Part shown: positions 1 to 12,240 of the stretch, piece by piece
How positions within the stretch are numbered: the first letter of the stretch is position 1
How the letters are laid out: each line of letters opens with the position of its first letter
Source: Phoronis australis
Taxonomy: Eukaryota > Animalia > Phoronida
Direction of reading: 5' to 3'
Assembly: GCA_002633005.1 (NCBI GenBank)
Contig: NMRA01000419.1
Location: 218,770 to 282,769 of the forward strand
Length of the DNA stretch: 64,000 bases
The notes under the pieces: generated by a model
Databases searched by the model: none
What the model saw: the letters and a program-made list of their open reading frames with translations, nothing else
Told to the model about the DNA's origin: nothing
Position numbers and translations under genes: made by a program

Positions 1-481
1 GTCAGAGCTACTCTCAAATTAATTATTTTGCTGAAGGTCAGAGCTACTCTCAAATTAATTATTTTGCTGAAGGTCAGAGCTACTCTCAAATTAATTATTT
101 TGCTGAATGTCAGAGCTACTCTCAAATTATTTATTTGCTGAAGGTCAGAGCTACTCTCAAATCAATTATTTTGCTGAAGGTCAGAGCTACTCCCAAATTA
201 ATTATTTTGCTGAAGGTCAGAGCTACTCTCAAATCAATTATTTTGCTGAAGGTCAGAGCTACTCCCAAATTAATTATTTTGCTGAAGGTCAGAGCTACTC
301 TCAAATCAATTATTTTGCTGAAGGTCAGAGCTACTCCCAAATTAATTATTTTGCTGAAGGTCAGAGCTACTCTCAAATTAATTATTTTGCTGAAGGTCAG
401 AGCTACTCCCAAATTAATTATTTTGCTGAAGGTCAGAGCTACTCTCAAATTAATTATTTTGCTGAAGGTTAGAGCTACTCT
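1..481. repeat. 36-bp minisatellite, ~13 copies, runs off the left edge
   Basis: Unit GTCAGAGCTACTCTCAAATTAATTATTTTGCTGAAG repeated head-to-tail with few substitutions; this explains the periodic ORFs at 107-491. Confidence 0.97.
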
Positions 482-945
482 CGAATTCTAAACATACAGG
501 TACAGTAATATCTGTCCCAAATTCCAAGAATCTCTAGAGAGAGTACTCAACAAAGCTTTGGTAACGTAGGAACACTAAAAGCGAAGGTTAAAATTGAAGC
601 TTTGTCGAAGTTATCGGTAGAGGTTGCAGCAACGACATACGATCACAGGAGACTCGCAAAACGTGTTCTAAATGCAGCATAGCCAATATGCTCTCAATAG
701 ACAGACATAAATAAAAAAGAAAGCATATCTGATGAAGAATGACGCTCATCATTTTTACAAGCACTCGTAAATGGTAGGAGAGCAATTTTGAATGAAGCCT
801 CGAACCCACTACTCAATATTAGTTTGAGAGTAGGAATGAACTGACACCTGTTGTCACTGCGATAACTTTGATATCGTTTTTAAGTAGGAAAGGTAAGCGA
901 AGTTTCCCCAAAGCTTCAGCAAACCAAAGTTGCACTAATGAGAAA

Positions 946-1177
946 GCGACCTTAGGGTATTCCTAATAAGAGACGGGAAGTGAAGTGGCGTGCGACCTTA
1001 GGGTATTCCTAATAAGAGACGGGAAGTGAAGTGCCGTGCGACCTTAGGGTATTCCTAATAAGAGACGGGAAGTGAAGTGCCGTGCGACCTTAGGGTATTC
1101 CTAATAAGAGACGGGAAGTGAAGTGCCGTGCGACCTTAGAGTATTCCTAATAAGAGACAAGAAGTGAAGTGGCGTGC
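946..1177. repeat. 46-bp tandem repeat, 5 copies
   Basis: Unit GCGACCTTAGGGTATTCCTAATAAGAGACGGGAAGTGAAGTGCCGT. Confidence 0.95.
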
Positions 1178-2101
1178 AAGTCAAATGTACAGCTTAGGAC
1201 CCTAAAAGTTCCAGACACAGTCACAAACTAAACGATCAGACTTGCAAAAATAACAATATATGCATTTCAAATGACAAAGGCATTTTGGTTATGACACAAC
1301 AAAATCTACGAATTAACATCAACAAAAAACCAAAAAAACCCAACATCGGCTGATTTCAATTCTCAAGTGGTGTTAAAAGAAGCATAAGCATATTATCCAT
1401 ACTGTCAATATCCAGCATATTATCCATACTGTCAATATCCAGCACGGCTTTCATTCTTAATGTGTAACTGTGTCACCTTGTCTGACATTTGAATTCAAAG
1501 GATTTTCCGCTGGCAGATTGCCCAAACTGATACCTTAAAATAACTGTAGGCAGGATTAACTCGATTTTTCCTCTAAGCAAAATAACTACAGATGTCTCTA
1601 TATTACTTCTCTTCATTCTGTTATTCACAAGCTGTGAATAGGACGCTAAAAGGCACAAATAACACAAACAGCTTCAACCAACACTTTGTTTGTATTTCTT
1701 AACACAGTTGAAAGAGTGAAGCAATTCAAATCCACTACTAACAAGTTAAAATAACAGAGTCAGGCCAAAAAGGAAATATGTCAATGTACAACAGCAGGTA
1801 ACACGCTGTATTCAACTGACCAAGATATTTATTCTTTGTGCAGTTGTCACTCATGTCTGTGCCAATGAATTGATATATCCAGTAACAAGAATTGTGAACT
1901 ACACACAAATTTGAAATGAAATAAAACAGTTATTGGAGAAGCCTGACATCTGACTACCTGTGAATGTTTTGAATCTGCACAGGAATAACGGGCTGAAAAC
2001 AATTGCAGACAATGGTTTAATTTACAATCCAATTACCATGCTATCAACCGTTATTTATGCTACTAGGATTATAACGGTAAAATCTCACCTATCCAGGACA
2101 C

Positions 2102-2368
2102 AATATGGACGACAAGTCACCATAAGACATATAATTAGCACCACATTAATGTTGTTTAATATGGCCAACAAGTCACCATAAGACATGTAATTAGCACCAG
2201 ATTAATGTTGTTTATTATGGCCGACAAGTCACCATAAGACATATAATTAGCACCAGATTAATGTTGTTTAATATGGATGACAAGTCACCATAAGACATAC
2301 AATTAGCACCAGATTAATGTTGTTTAATATGGATGACAAGTCACCATAAGACATACAATTAGCACCAG
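2102..2368. repeat. 56-bp tandem repeat, ~4.8 copies
   Basis: ACAAGTCACCATAAGACAT recurs at 2112, 2168, 2224, 2280 and 2336. Confidence 0.93.
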
Positions 2369-2999
2369 CCAAATATCGGCTCCATTCCCATGTTTCAATA
2401 ATGGAGCCAAATATCGGCTCCATTCCCATGTTTAAAAATCATCAGGTGCAAATTTCCACTACAATATATAAAAACCACATGGATAGAATTTGTAAAATAT
2501 CAAGTTTTGTCTACTAAAATGAGTAAAAATTAAAGTAGAAATATCTTAGAAAGCACCGCATTTTCCTTAGACACATACTGTAGGTCTATTGTTTTCATAT
2601 CTATACCACTGTTTCACAAGAGTGAGATGGCAGAACAATAGTCAATTAAGCAACTGGTCAATAGGGGGTGGCAAGGGGTGTAGTAGTAGATGGGCACACT
2701 ATTCAGTGAACAGCTTCACTGAAGACAAAAGACAGAAAAGTCAATACAAAAGGTTACGCAGTTCTGACATAAATGATTATCAAAACAAAAACTTTGTTCT
2801 CAACACAGAACACTTGAGAATTCAATAGACACAAGCATAATTAATATAGTAATTTTTCGTAATTCCAATGGTAAATTTACCATCAACAAGAAATAAACAT
2901 TTTCAGTACAATAATTATCCATTTTTGGTTTGCTGAACATGACCTTCAAGGATTCTAAGTGTTGAAAAAAACTGGCACAGCAGCCAAAAATGTGTCATT

Positions 3000-3156
3000 T
3001 GTGCTCCTCAGGTTGTCACAGCATGCCCTCATCATTGCTGTGCTCCTCAGGTTGTCACAGCATGCCCTCATCATTGCTGTGCTCCTCAGGTTGTCACAGC
3101 ATGCCCTCATCATTGCTATGCTCCTCAGGTTGTCACAGCATTCCCTCATCACTGCT
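3000..3156. repeat. 39-bp tandem repeat, 4 copies
   Basis: Unit TGTGCTCCTCAGGTTGTCACAGCATGCCCTCATCATTGC; this produces the repetitive ORFs at 2955-3281. Confidence 0.95.
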
Positions 3157-3677
3157 GAATACATCCCAAAATACCATTTAGGCCATCTAACAGAGGCAAG
3201 ACCTGTACATGGGCCACTTAGTATACATTTTAAGTTGGCAGGCCAAGATGAGTGCTGTGACAAACAGAAAACATGACCCACTAACTACACAAAAGTTTGT
3301 TGTTCTTGGGTTGCATTCAAAAAGATACTAATCTTGCAATAACTCAGCAGTGAAGTGAGACTTGGTATGACAGACCTGGCCATCAGCACAACACCTGTCT
3401 GTTGAAATCACTAATGCTTCAGCACACCTGCTTATGCCAGCTAATACTAAGGAAGGGGAACTTAAATGAGAATTATGTATTACACATAATCTGAACAAAA
3501 TGGACATCAGCCCTGGGTCTAGCTATTACAGTAGTCACATAATGAAACAAGCCTTGCCACTAGATCACAATGGCAGGGTTTTCCCTGAGCAAAAATCCTA
3601 ACACAGTGCAATTTGCAAGTTATGCTTTCAAATCTAAATCTTCATTTCACAAAAACAACAAAGTTAGGTACATGCTA

Positions 3678-4944
3678 TTTACTCTGCGCGTACAAGCGCA
3701 GAGTACTGTTGTTCCTGGGTTTTCTTCAATTTTATTCTTATTCTTCTTCTTCTTCCGACCAAATTTGAGGCTTAATAACTCCAAATTGGGTGAAGGTACA
3801 GTCTTTAAATTCAGCATATGACTTTTGACAGTACATAAATTTTGATTCGTTATATAATCATATTGCATAATGCACCGGAAGAGGTCATTTGGTGCAAAGG
3901 TCATGTAATTTTCAAAATGCTACTCCCTCTTTATTTTCAAAGCTATTCTTTTCAAATTCGGTACACAGGTATAAGTCAATAAGGCAATTTAAAAAAATTT
4001 TTCTAAGTAATTGGGTCATCTAATCAGGTTAAACAGGTCAAAGGTCATTAAGTGCAAACTAAAATTTTGAGGTAGACACTTCAAATTCACAGGTCTGACT
4101 GGCACAGGTAATTGGATTTGGAATCCAAAGTTTCCGGTCATTTAGTGCAAACATGGGGTCATTAGGTTCATTTTTCTTCTGAAAATTTGACCTTTTCATT
4201 CTCCAAGTATACTGATGTGTCAACCGTTAAACAACTATGATTCTCAGCATTAAACACATTTTTCATGGGCTTTGCAATAATTCTCCTAAAGACGCTTATA
4301 ATGCACCAGATAGGGTCAATTAGTGCAAAGGACATCTAACGTTCAAAATGCTATATCTCTTACATTTTTCAAGGAATTCTTTTCAATTTCAGCACACTAG
4401 TGTAAGTCAACATGCCAATTGAACAACCTACATGTACTTAACTACGCAATAGGCCTAACCAATCAGAAAAAATAGGTCAAAGGTCATTGAGTGCAAAATT
4501 AAAATTTTGAGCTAGAGACTTCAAAATTACATATCTGTTTATTAAATGCGATTGAGTTTGAATTTTAAATTTTTGGGTCATTTGGTGCACCCATGGGGTC
4601 ATTAGGTGCATTTTGCTTCTGAAAATTTGACCAATTCATTCATGTGGTATTCTTAAGTGCTTAAAGTAAAACATCTGTGATTCTTAGCATTAACCACACT
4701 TTAAATTGGTTTTAAAATTATTCCCTCATCGGGGTTCATAATGCACCGGAAGAGGTCAGTTAGTGGAAAGGTCATCAAAATATTAACATGTAATTTCTCC
4801 TACAATTTTAAAGAATTCCTTTTCATATTGGTAAATGGGTTGCTGTCAGTAACTTCCCATAACAATTACTTTAATACGCACGCGCAGAGTCCATTATTGT
4901 CACGGCCCATTATTGTCACGCCGTGACAATAATCTTTCTAGTTT
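3678..4944 (+). mobile_element. Non-autonomous Helentron/HINE-like element with ~430-bp internal tandem repeats
   Basis: 5' subTIR ACTCTGCGCGT (3681) with adjacent inverted copy GCGCAGAGT; (TTC)n tract; internal repeat ATAATGCACC..GGTCA at ~3868, 4299 and 4738; 3' subTIR ACGCGCAGAGT (4880-4890); 3' hairpin ATTATTGTCACG-C-CGTGACAATAAT; T-rich end. Confidence 0.75.
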
Positions 4945-5842
4945 CACTTGTGATTGTAAACTTTAGGGAATAATTAGGCTAAAGATTTTAAACATGACTC
5001 AGAACTTTCAAAATATGTCAAAGAATGATGTTTGAATACATACAAGAACACTGTTGCATAGGGTTTAATGAGATTTCCCATAAATAATTTCCTTACGTCC
5101 ATCACATCATCAATATTATCACTGAGAGTTGTGCCATGAGACAATCAGACAAACAATTGACCTATCACCAGGATTTTGAGTGACGGCTTAACTGACCAAT
5201 TAAAACGCAGCATTATTGACACACCTTCGTTTCTAAGCCGCCATTTTACTCGACAAATAACACATTGCCGGGTAAAATTTGTTTGCTATGCAAGGGGGCA
5301 GAGCTTGTGATAGGTCGATTCACACAACAGTGTTTGACGTTCCAAAATGTCATAAATGAAAGAAATGCATTTTGTCATCAAATCAGTTCGTCTTGCATGT
5401 TGAGAAATAGAAACTGGATCAAGCAAAAGATGCTTTCCTGATCTTGCAACACTGCATGTCAAATGTTCTGATTGTGCCAATGCACAAGAGCCTAATTCAT
5501 AATAGGGCACCATAACCCAAAAACTCTCATCACATTTCAAACACAGTTGGACATTTTGAAGCTATAACAAATTATAAAATACACCAGTTAGGGTGCACAC
5601 TCCACTACTCTCATCATTTCTCAACATAGTGGACCAATAAGGAGTTCACTGTTGTGTAGTCTAGGACAATGTGGTCCATCACTCTCATCATATCTGAACA
5701 CAGGATCCGTTAGGTGTGAGTGTGCATCATGGTCCATCACTGGCATGGCTCCTCAAATGTGTTAAAAGATTATCCAGAAATCACAATTCCATTCATGGTG
5801 ATCATAGACCTGTGCAACTAATAGACTGTGGCTTTTACCACA

Positions 5843-6216
5843 AGTCCTGTTTAGACGTCAACTTTTGGCCCGGCGCAACTGACACGGAGCAAATTGATCG
5901 GTGTCAAGTGTCCATTTACACACACAACTCACTAACTATGGCAAGACGAAAAATGTAGGCTGGAGAGTGGATCACATATGCGAACCTGTATTTAGGTCAT
6001 TAAACAAGCGCAGTAGAGACGATACTTTCCACCTTGACCCAGTTTCGCAATTGACATGGAACAAGATGATCTAGCGCAAATTGCTCTACCTCACAAACGG
6101 GTGGCAAAAGTTGTCACCACGGTGTCAATTTGCTCCGTGTCAGTCCCGTTTACACACTGGAACAACTCGTTCCGTGTCAGCTGATCCGTGTCAACTTATG
6201 TAGTGTAAACGGCACT
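5843..6216. mobile_element. MITE-like inverted-repeat element (possibly PIF/Harbinger-type)
   Basis: Ends AGTCCTGTTTAGAC and GTGTAAACGGCACT are imperfect inverted repeats; internal inverted repeat CTGACACGGAGCAAATTGA / TCAATTTGCTCCGTGTCAG. No clear TSD. Confidence 0.55.
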
Positions 6217-6734
6217 ATAGACACATTGATACTTTCCGGAAGGGGGAAGGAGGTACCTGCAATTGTGATGACTGATGCTTTACTCTATAACAAAATCTAA
6301 ATTTGCTAGAATAAACATTCTTTCTCCACAATGCAATAAGTTTGGTTCCATTTAGAGATATTTGATACCCACTAGGATTTGCTAGACTAGCAGTTCACAG
6401 ATTCCAAACATTATGTTCACAATAAAAGCCAGGTTAGGAACTAACAGCATACCAACAGGAGGAATAATCATGGACAACCCTTTCCTGATATAGAGTCAAA
6501 ACCACACTACTGAGTTAAATAAAGGTAAAGATCTGTTTCAGTAGACATTACTCTGCTGGGATCTGCTCACTGTCTTCAAAGAGCGCCACCTCACTGTTTC
6601 AGTAGACATTACTTTGCTAGGATCTGATCACTGACATCAAAGAGCGCCACCTCACTGTTTAAAACTTTCAAAAAGTGAGTTCACTTTTAAATGGATGCGT
6701 GCACGCCAATTCTTTGATAACACAGCCACTAAAC

Positions 6735-7466
6735 CAAGGTACTTAAACTACACGGTTCACGGGCTGCTAAACCCTATGTCAGACGCAAAAACACAACTCG
6801 TGTACGTGCTAACACCATTCATTGACTCACATACACGGAATTGGACTCTCAAAACACGATTCATTCACTCAAAATACATATTTAAGGACTCGTAAACACG
6901 ACACATGGACCGCCAAACACAGCTCATTCCGATAAAGCATGCCAAATACACGGTCACTGACTCATCGGCTTCCCAGGTAAGTAACGCAAAATAGTGATTA
7001 TTTAACTACGCAAAAAGGGAATTGGAACAGAGGGTCATTTTACGGAGTTTGAACAGTCCATGTCATTTTGAGAAGAAAGCAGATGATAACAGAAGTCAGT
7101 ATTCTCACGCCAATAAATTTGAGAACAAATAAGCAGTTTAAATATAAATAATGTTTGTTTCTAATTCACAACAAGTAAGTCACACTACAGACAAACATAT
7201 GATCAAAATTATAATCTTGCACCTATTACACAGCTGTCGCAGCTGATTTATACATTTTATCCATAAACCGTGTTTGGCAGTCCATGTGGTTTGTTTCTAC
7301 TTGACAGTCAGTCCGTGACCGAGTATTTTGGGTAAATGAATTGTGTTTTATGAGTCCGATCCCGTGTATGTGAGTCAGGGAAGTGCTTGCAGGTACGCGA
7401 GTCGTGTTTTTGCATCCAACACCGTGTTCAGCAGTCCGTTAACATTGTAGTGTAGACTGTACCTTG
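6735..7466. mobile_element. MITE with long (~200-bp) diverged terminal inverted repeats
   Basis: CAAGGTAC...GTACCTTG termini; GCAAAAACACAACTCGTGTAC on the left pairs with GTACGCGAGTCGTGTTTTTGC on the right, and the similarity continues inward. Confidence 0.7.
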
Positions 7467-8607
7467 ATAAAGTCTACAGTCAGATATACATACATGTATA
7501 GATTCCAAACTCAGCAAGCATTAACTCTAGGCAGATTAGTTGACAAAAGGTTCAGGAACCAATTCAGAGTTGTCCTTTTGATAACTGGACATAACTTTCC
7601 ACTCAACACCAGTGTTTGACTGACTACTTACTGAAGAATTGTGTGCAGTGGCCATTGTCCATGGGTTGACCAACTCAGTGAGTTTCACCCAAATGTCAAA
7701 CAGATACAGTTCCAGTGACCCACAACTATGTGGTCTGCATTTATACATGGAGTTAGTCTAGAGATATTTAGACTGATTCAAAGAGGAAGGAAAAGCTGAA
7801 CCATCTACTGTAGTTATATCTTGCACTGTTTAATGTGATTTATTGAGGAGACAAATCCTCCCAGGTCGCCAACAACCAACAATTCAATGTACTGCTTAGG
7901 GCAAAGTGATTCTAAACTTGAAAGTAATGTTGTTAATCAATGGAAGGAAACTTTTGGGCCTTGTGAGGGAAATTTCATATGATTTTAAATCATCTTCTCT
8001 GGATTCAGCCCTAATATTGAGCCAATAAACGCCCTGTACAAAAATAAAACTTTTATTTAAGTAACCTCAATGTAATATACCGTACAACCATTCTAATTAA
8101 CTTTTTGATTATATAGCTAGCCTTTCTTACAAAATTACCTGACATTTGCTCATGTAATAATGAGTCAGCCACGTAGTTTAACTAACATGTGGTAATGATA
8201 ACTATTAAAAAACAAGTATTCATATCTTGACTAAAAATTGCAATGTTTTGGAGCAAAAAAGATCTGAGTTATTATTTGAGAGGACCAAGAATTTTGCTTC
8301 TATGAGCAGCAGTCTCCTATGAGCAGCAGTCCTCAAGTCGGTATTTTGATAAACCATGAAAGCAAGCCAGTCTATAAACACAGCCTAAAATACCCATAGC
8401 ACTACTATGATTGTGTGTTTTTAAACACATTGCCGAAGTTATCTGCCATTTTAATTTGAGTAATTTTACATAAAAATTAATTTATTGCTCATACACTAGT
8501 GATATCTGTACTTGAAAGTTACCGCTAGTCAGTAAATTTTCACCCAATTAATTTTAGTAAATATATAGATGCTAATGTTAGCCAATAGTGAATCAAATAA
8601 AGAAATA

Positions 8608-8675
8608 AACAGAAAAATCAGGAACCCCAACTTGGAATCGAACAACAAGTCTTTAGATTGCTAAGCTACTGAGGA
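8608..8675 (-). mobile_element. tRNA-derived SINE fragment (same family as 8785-9240 and 45963-46034)
   Basis: The reverse complement carries a B-box-like GTTCGATTCC followed by the tail GGGGTTCCTGATTTTTCTGTTTATTT, shared with the copy at ~45963. Confidence 0.55.
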
Positions 8676-8784
8676 CCCGATCTCCATACAATTACTGTTA
8701 TCTATGATTGGCCAAATCTCATGTGAAAAAGGCAAAATGGGATGGAACAGTTGGCTACAAACACTAACTGCACAGATATCAGGT

Positions 8785-9240
8785 GCTCAATAGCTCAGTG
8801 GTACGAGCACTAGACCAACAATCTAGAGACCTGCGCTCAGTGGTAAGAGCAAGTAAGACTGACAATCTAGAGATCTGTGCTCAGTGGTAAGAACACTAGA
8901 CCGACAGTCTAGAGATCTGTGCTCATTGGTAAGAGCACTAGACTGACAATCTAGAGACCTGTGCTCAGTGGTAAGAGCAAGTAAGACTGACAATCTAGAG
9001 ATCTGTGCTCAGTGGTAAGAACACTAGACCGACAGTCTAGAGATCTGTGCTCATTGGTAAGAGCACTAGACTGACAATCTAGAGACCTGTGCTCAGTGGT
9101 AAGAACACTAGACCGACAATCTAAAGATCTGTGCTCAGTGGTAAGAACACTAGACCGACAATCTAGAGACCTGTGCTAAGTGGTAAGAGCACTAGACTGG
9201 CAATCCAGAGACCTGTGGTTTAATTCCCAGTTCCTGACTT
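8785..9240 (+). repeat. tRNA-derived SINE head amplified as a 10 x 42-44-bp tandem array
   Basis: Unit GCTCAGTGGTAAGAGCACTAGACYGACAATCTAGAGAYCTGT equals a tRNA D-arm/A-box plus anticodon arm (CTAGA-7nt-TCTAG). A single degenerate B-box GGTTTAATTCC follows the last unit. Confidence 0.85.
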
Positions 9241-10315
9241 TACCTAATTAACATGTTCAAAGACAACATTTGCTTCTGTTGAATGCATCAGCCTCAAAAG
9301 CCAATAAAAGTTGTCTTCAATATGATGCAGCTTATAAGAAGTCATTCTGACATCAAAAAACATTTGACAAGCTCAGATAGGGATGCTTTTTACTTGACCA
9401 GGCCAGCTCAAAGGCGTGTTTGTGTGTTTGCAGCCTAACCTTTTGAAATTTAGGTCAAATATAGGGTGTATTTTTCTACCTCCATAAACAAAAGAATTAA
9501 ATTAGGGATATGATTGCAGACAATACAGCATTTTCATTCATTAGTATACTGAGTGCAAACAACAAGTGCAAATCCTCTGCCTGAGACAGTCCCACCAGTG
9601 TCAGTATTTCAATATACCACTGACATATCTACTATACAGAAGAAATACACCTGATTAATCCTCAGGTTATCGATTGAATTTACAATAACTCCTTGACTAG
9701 GTAAGAAAAACAATTGATCAATAAGATATACACACTACAAAGTAACTTGTGACTACTGAGTCTAGTGTTCATGACCTCAGGCATCACTGGCTCTTAGTCG
9801 CCGAAGAAATTCTAATGGGCCGAAGGCAACTGGACAGAAAGGGTGAGAGTTGGCCAAATTTGAGCTTCATCAGAAAATTTCTTCAGCACATTAATTTTCA
9901 CTCATATTCTAATTCGTAAATAAAGCAAAATGATGGCTTTGACACCACAAACATCCAGAAAAAACCAAAACAATATACCCAGATGCATCAGTACCGGTTG
10001 AGAATTATTATAACTTGGGTGATTGGAGCCACGTTATATGTAGTTTTTGACAGCCCTTGGCGAAGACATGAAATATAATTGTTTAGTAAAAGGCAATAGA
10101 ATACTTAGAGGACAACATTTAGCGCCATCTACAGTTCACTTCTGAGAGATGGACACTCATAAATTCTTCCTGGTCATCGCGCTGCCAAAAAACCACAGCT
10201 GTGCTGTTGGATACTCAAAACAAGTTATTCAAGTCCGTGAATGAAAGGAATTATGTTTCATGCGATAACAATGATGGAGAGGTGGTATCTACAATATGCT
10301 GTAATTTTTACTCAC

Positions 10316-10389
10316 CACAGCAACAGTCTGGACAGGCGGTTGGCGTAGTTGTGGGGGTTAGGATTGGATGCCTTTACTGGGGGCTCCAT
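10316..10389 (-). CDS. ABCC4: ABCC4/MRP4-like ABC transporter, first coding exon (rest of gene lies left of the window)
   Basis: Minus strand reads MEPPVKASNPNPHNYANRLSRLLLW, 74 nt ending TG|GTGAGT (phase 2). This matches the ABCC4 N-terminus (human [25 protein letters not shown], from memory). An acceptor TTCCAG lies upstream at 10456. No exon 2 was found in 1-10300. Confidence 0.72.
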
Positions 10390-11500
10390 AGCAATGGTGG
10401 ACGTATCACTCCATAGTTAATATACAGACAACTTGACCTCACTTCATTATTCTACCTGGAACAAGTCAAAAAGCACACAGTTGTAGACACTGAGAACGTA
10501 CACAATTAAGCAGCGTTTCCCACAGCCTGTTGAATTTAGTTAAAAGTTCATCCGAGATTTGGAAACCCGATTATCAACTTCGGTGTAATGTGCTGGAATG
10601 GTCACTTTGAGGAGGTACCTATCCACAGTATATTGTCTTGTAACAATGAAGAAACCATCAGTTTCAATGGCTTATTGTTAGCCAAGATAGAAATTTAAAT
10701 AACAGGAACAATGACTGATCCTGAACCCTAATTAACTTTGAACATATACCAGAAAGTGTTAGTCAAAATGTTTAGCAAAGGTTCTTAACCATACTCAAAC
10801 TGAGCAACACCACATGTAGACACTCAGTGTTGAGTGATTCATTACAGCTGCTTAAACAATTCTACAAGTGCAGTCATTGAAAACTATATGTAATGCCCAA
10901 GAAGGAACTAGTGAATGGTGGCAAAGTTTTGAGGAATGAGATCTCAACTAAGTCAGATCTGGCTTCGGCAATGATTAATTGACAAAAAATAAACCGAATG
11001 AATAATTTGACTTATCCCACCTGTATTTTCATTCTGGTCAAGCCTCAGAGACCTTCGTCACAATCAAACCTGAAGATCCATATGGTAAGGCACACATAAG
11101 CTGTCAATTGACCACAGAACAACACTTGTTGATTGTGATGTAAATTTTATTTATTCCTTAAAACCTCTTCCAGTATTAAGCACATTATTTGCGAAGTGAA
11201 ACAAAGATGACATGATTCCGAACTCTGAAGTGACATATGTTGACTAATATCAATCAAAAAAAATTTGTTCCAAAGAGCATTTCTGTCCACCAACGATGGG
11301 TGACTATATCTAGCAAATTAGGTGCACATACTATTACAATTTTCCAGTGGTTTAAAGAATCGTTAGATTTCAGTGAATAGACAGAGATTGAGAAAGACTA
11401 AGATAGAGGGCAGGATCTCAGTCTCTGAGTCTGACTGAGTGTGAATGATTTAGGCGAAGTTCAATTTTACTAGTTTACCAGTTGGAGTTTTTGATTTCGT

Positions 11501-11620
11501 ACTTACGCATTCATTTTGTTTTCAATCGGACACAAAAATAAGCTCGCCCTGTAAAAGACATTTTCCAAACTCAGAATACTTCCTTAAGCACACCTGTACG
11601 ACGTACCTGAACATACATCC
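11501..11620 (-). promoter_or_regulatory. Candidate 5'-UTR exon / donor site of the ABCC4-like gene
   Basis: Consensus donor GTAAGT on the minus strand at 11501-11506, upstream of the acceptor at 10456. The start of the exon is a guess. Confidence 0.3.
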
Positions 11621-12056
11621 GACGTCATTAATATCACAAAAATTTAAATCAACCACCTGTCAATAACTTGTTTACTTGCGCAAGGTGTCGCTTGTAAAGC
11701 TACTATCAAAATGTGGAATGGAAACATATTACTATCAATTTGCAATGTGTGTGTTTTTAACATGCAACTAAGCCAATTTAAGTCAAAATGCTATTAATTG
11801 ATTCTAAATCACAAAACAACTGTTTTTATTTGATTTATTTGTCAAATCAACAAATAATTAGTAATGGTGTGTCAGGACACAGTCTCGACTATGCTAGAAC
11901 CCACTCTTGTTTAGCACTGTCGTAAACCAAGTAACCCTTCCCGGCGACCAACTTGAAGCCCACCGGAGCACGCTCTGACTACATATAAAGTATTGTTTGG
12001 TAGACCTGTAGTTCTCAGCAGACACCGTAAATGGCCCCGATCCCGTATTCAGCCAG

Positions 12057-12240
12057 CAAAGGCGGATCCATGGGAAGTCAAGTCGGTCCAGGCCTCCCTT
12101 TTCCCTTGATTTAGTGGTATCTGAAATTAAGAATTTTCAACTGTCGGACCTCCCGGGCCGCGTCAATGGGACCCGGGCCCCCTAATTTTGAAACTCCTCA
12201 AGTTGTTGCGACCCCCTTTAAAATCCTGGATCCGCCCCTG
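12057..12240. mobile_element. Short hAT-like MITE
   Basis: CAAAGGCGGATCCATGG ... CCTGGATCCGCCCCTG are imperfect TIRs of the CAGGGGCGGATCCAGG type; no intact 8-bp TSD. Confidence 0.5.

Noticed and set aside
107-491. Repetitive 105-121-aa ORFs on both strands
   Set aside because: They are by-products of a 36-bp (multiple of 3) minisatellite, with no splice or start context.
946-1177. Regular repeats resembling a CRISPR array (also 8793-9216 and 42083-43358)
   Set aside because: Units are contiguous with no unique spacers, there are no cas genes, and the context is eukaryotic and intron-rich.
2955-3281. Cys-rich repeated ORFs (CSSGCHS / RACCDNL) resembling metallothionein
   Set aside because: They come from a 39-bp tandem repeat that is open in several frames, with no gene structure.
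7860-8012. Possible ABCC4 exon 2 on the minus strand (AG|GGCTGAATCC)
   Set aside because: The required phase gives no WLNPLF-like sequence and hits a stop; exon 2 is probably outside the window.
8785-9240. Functional tRNA gene(s)
   Set aside because: Acceptor stem and T-arm are incomplete or degenerate, anticodon loops vary, and related copies carry a SINE-like tail.
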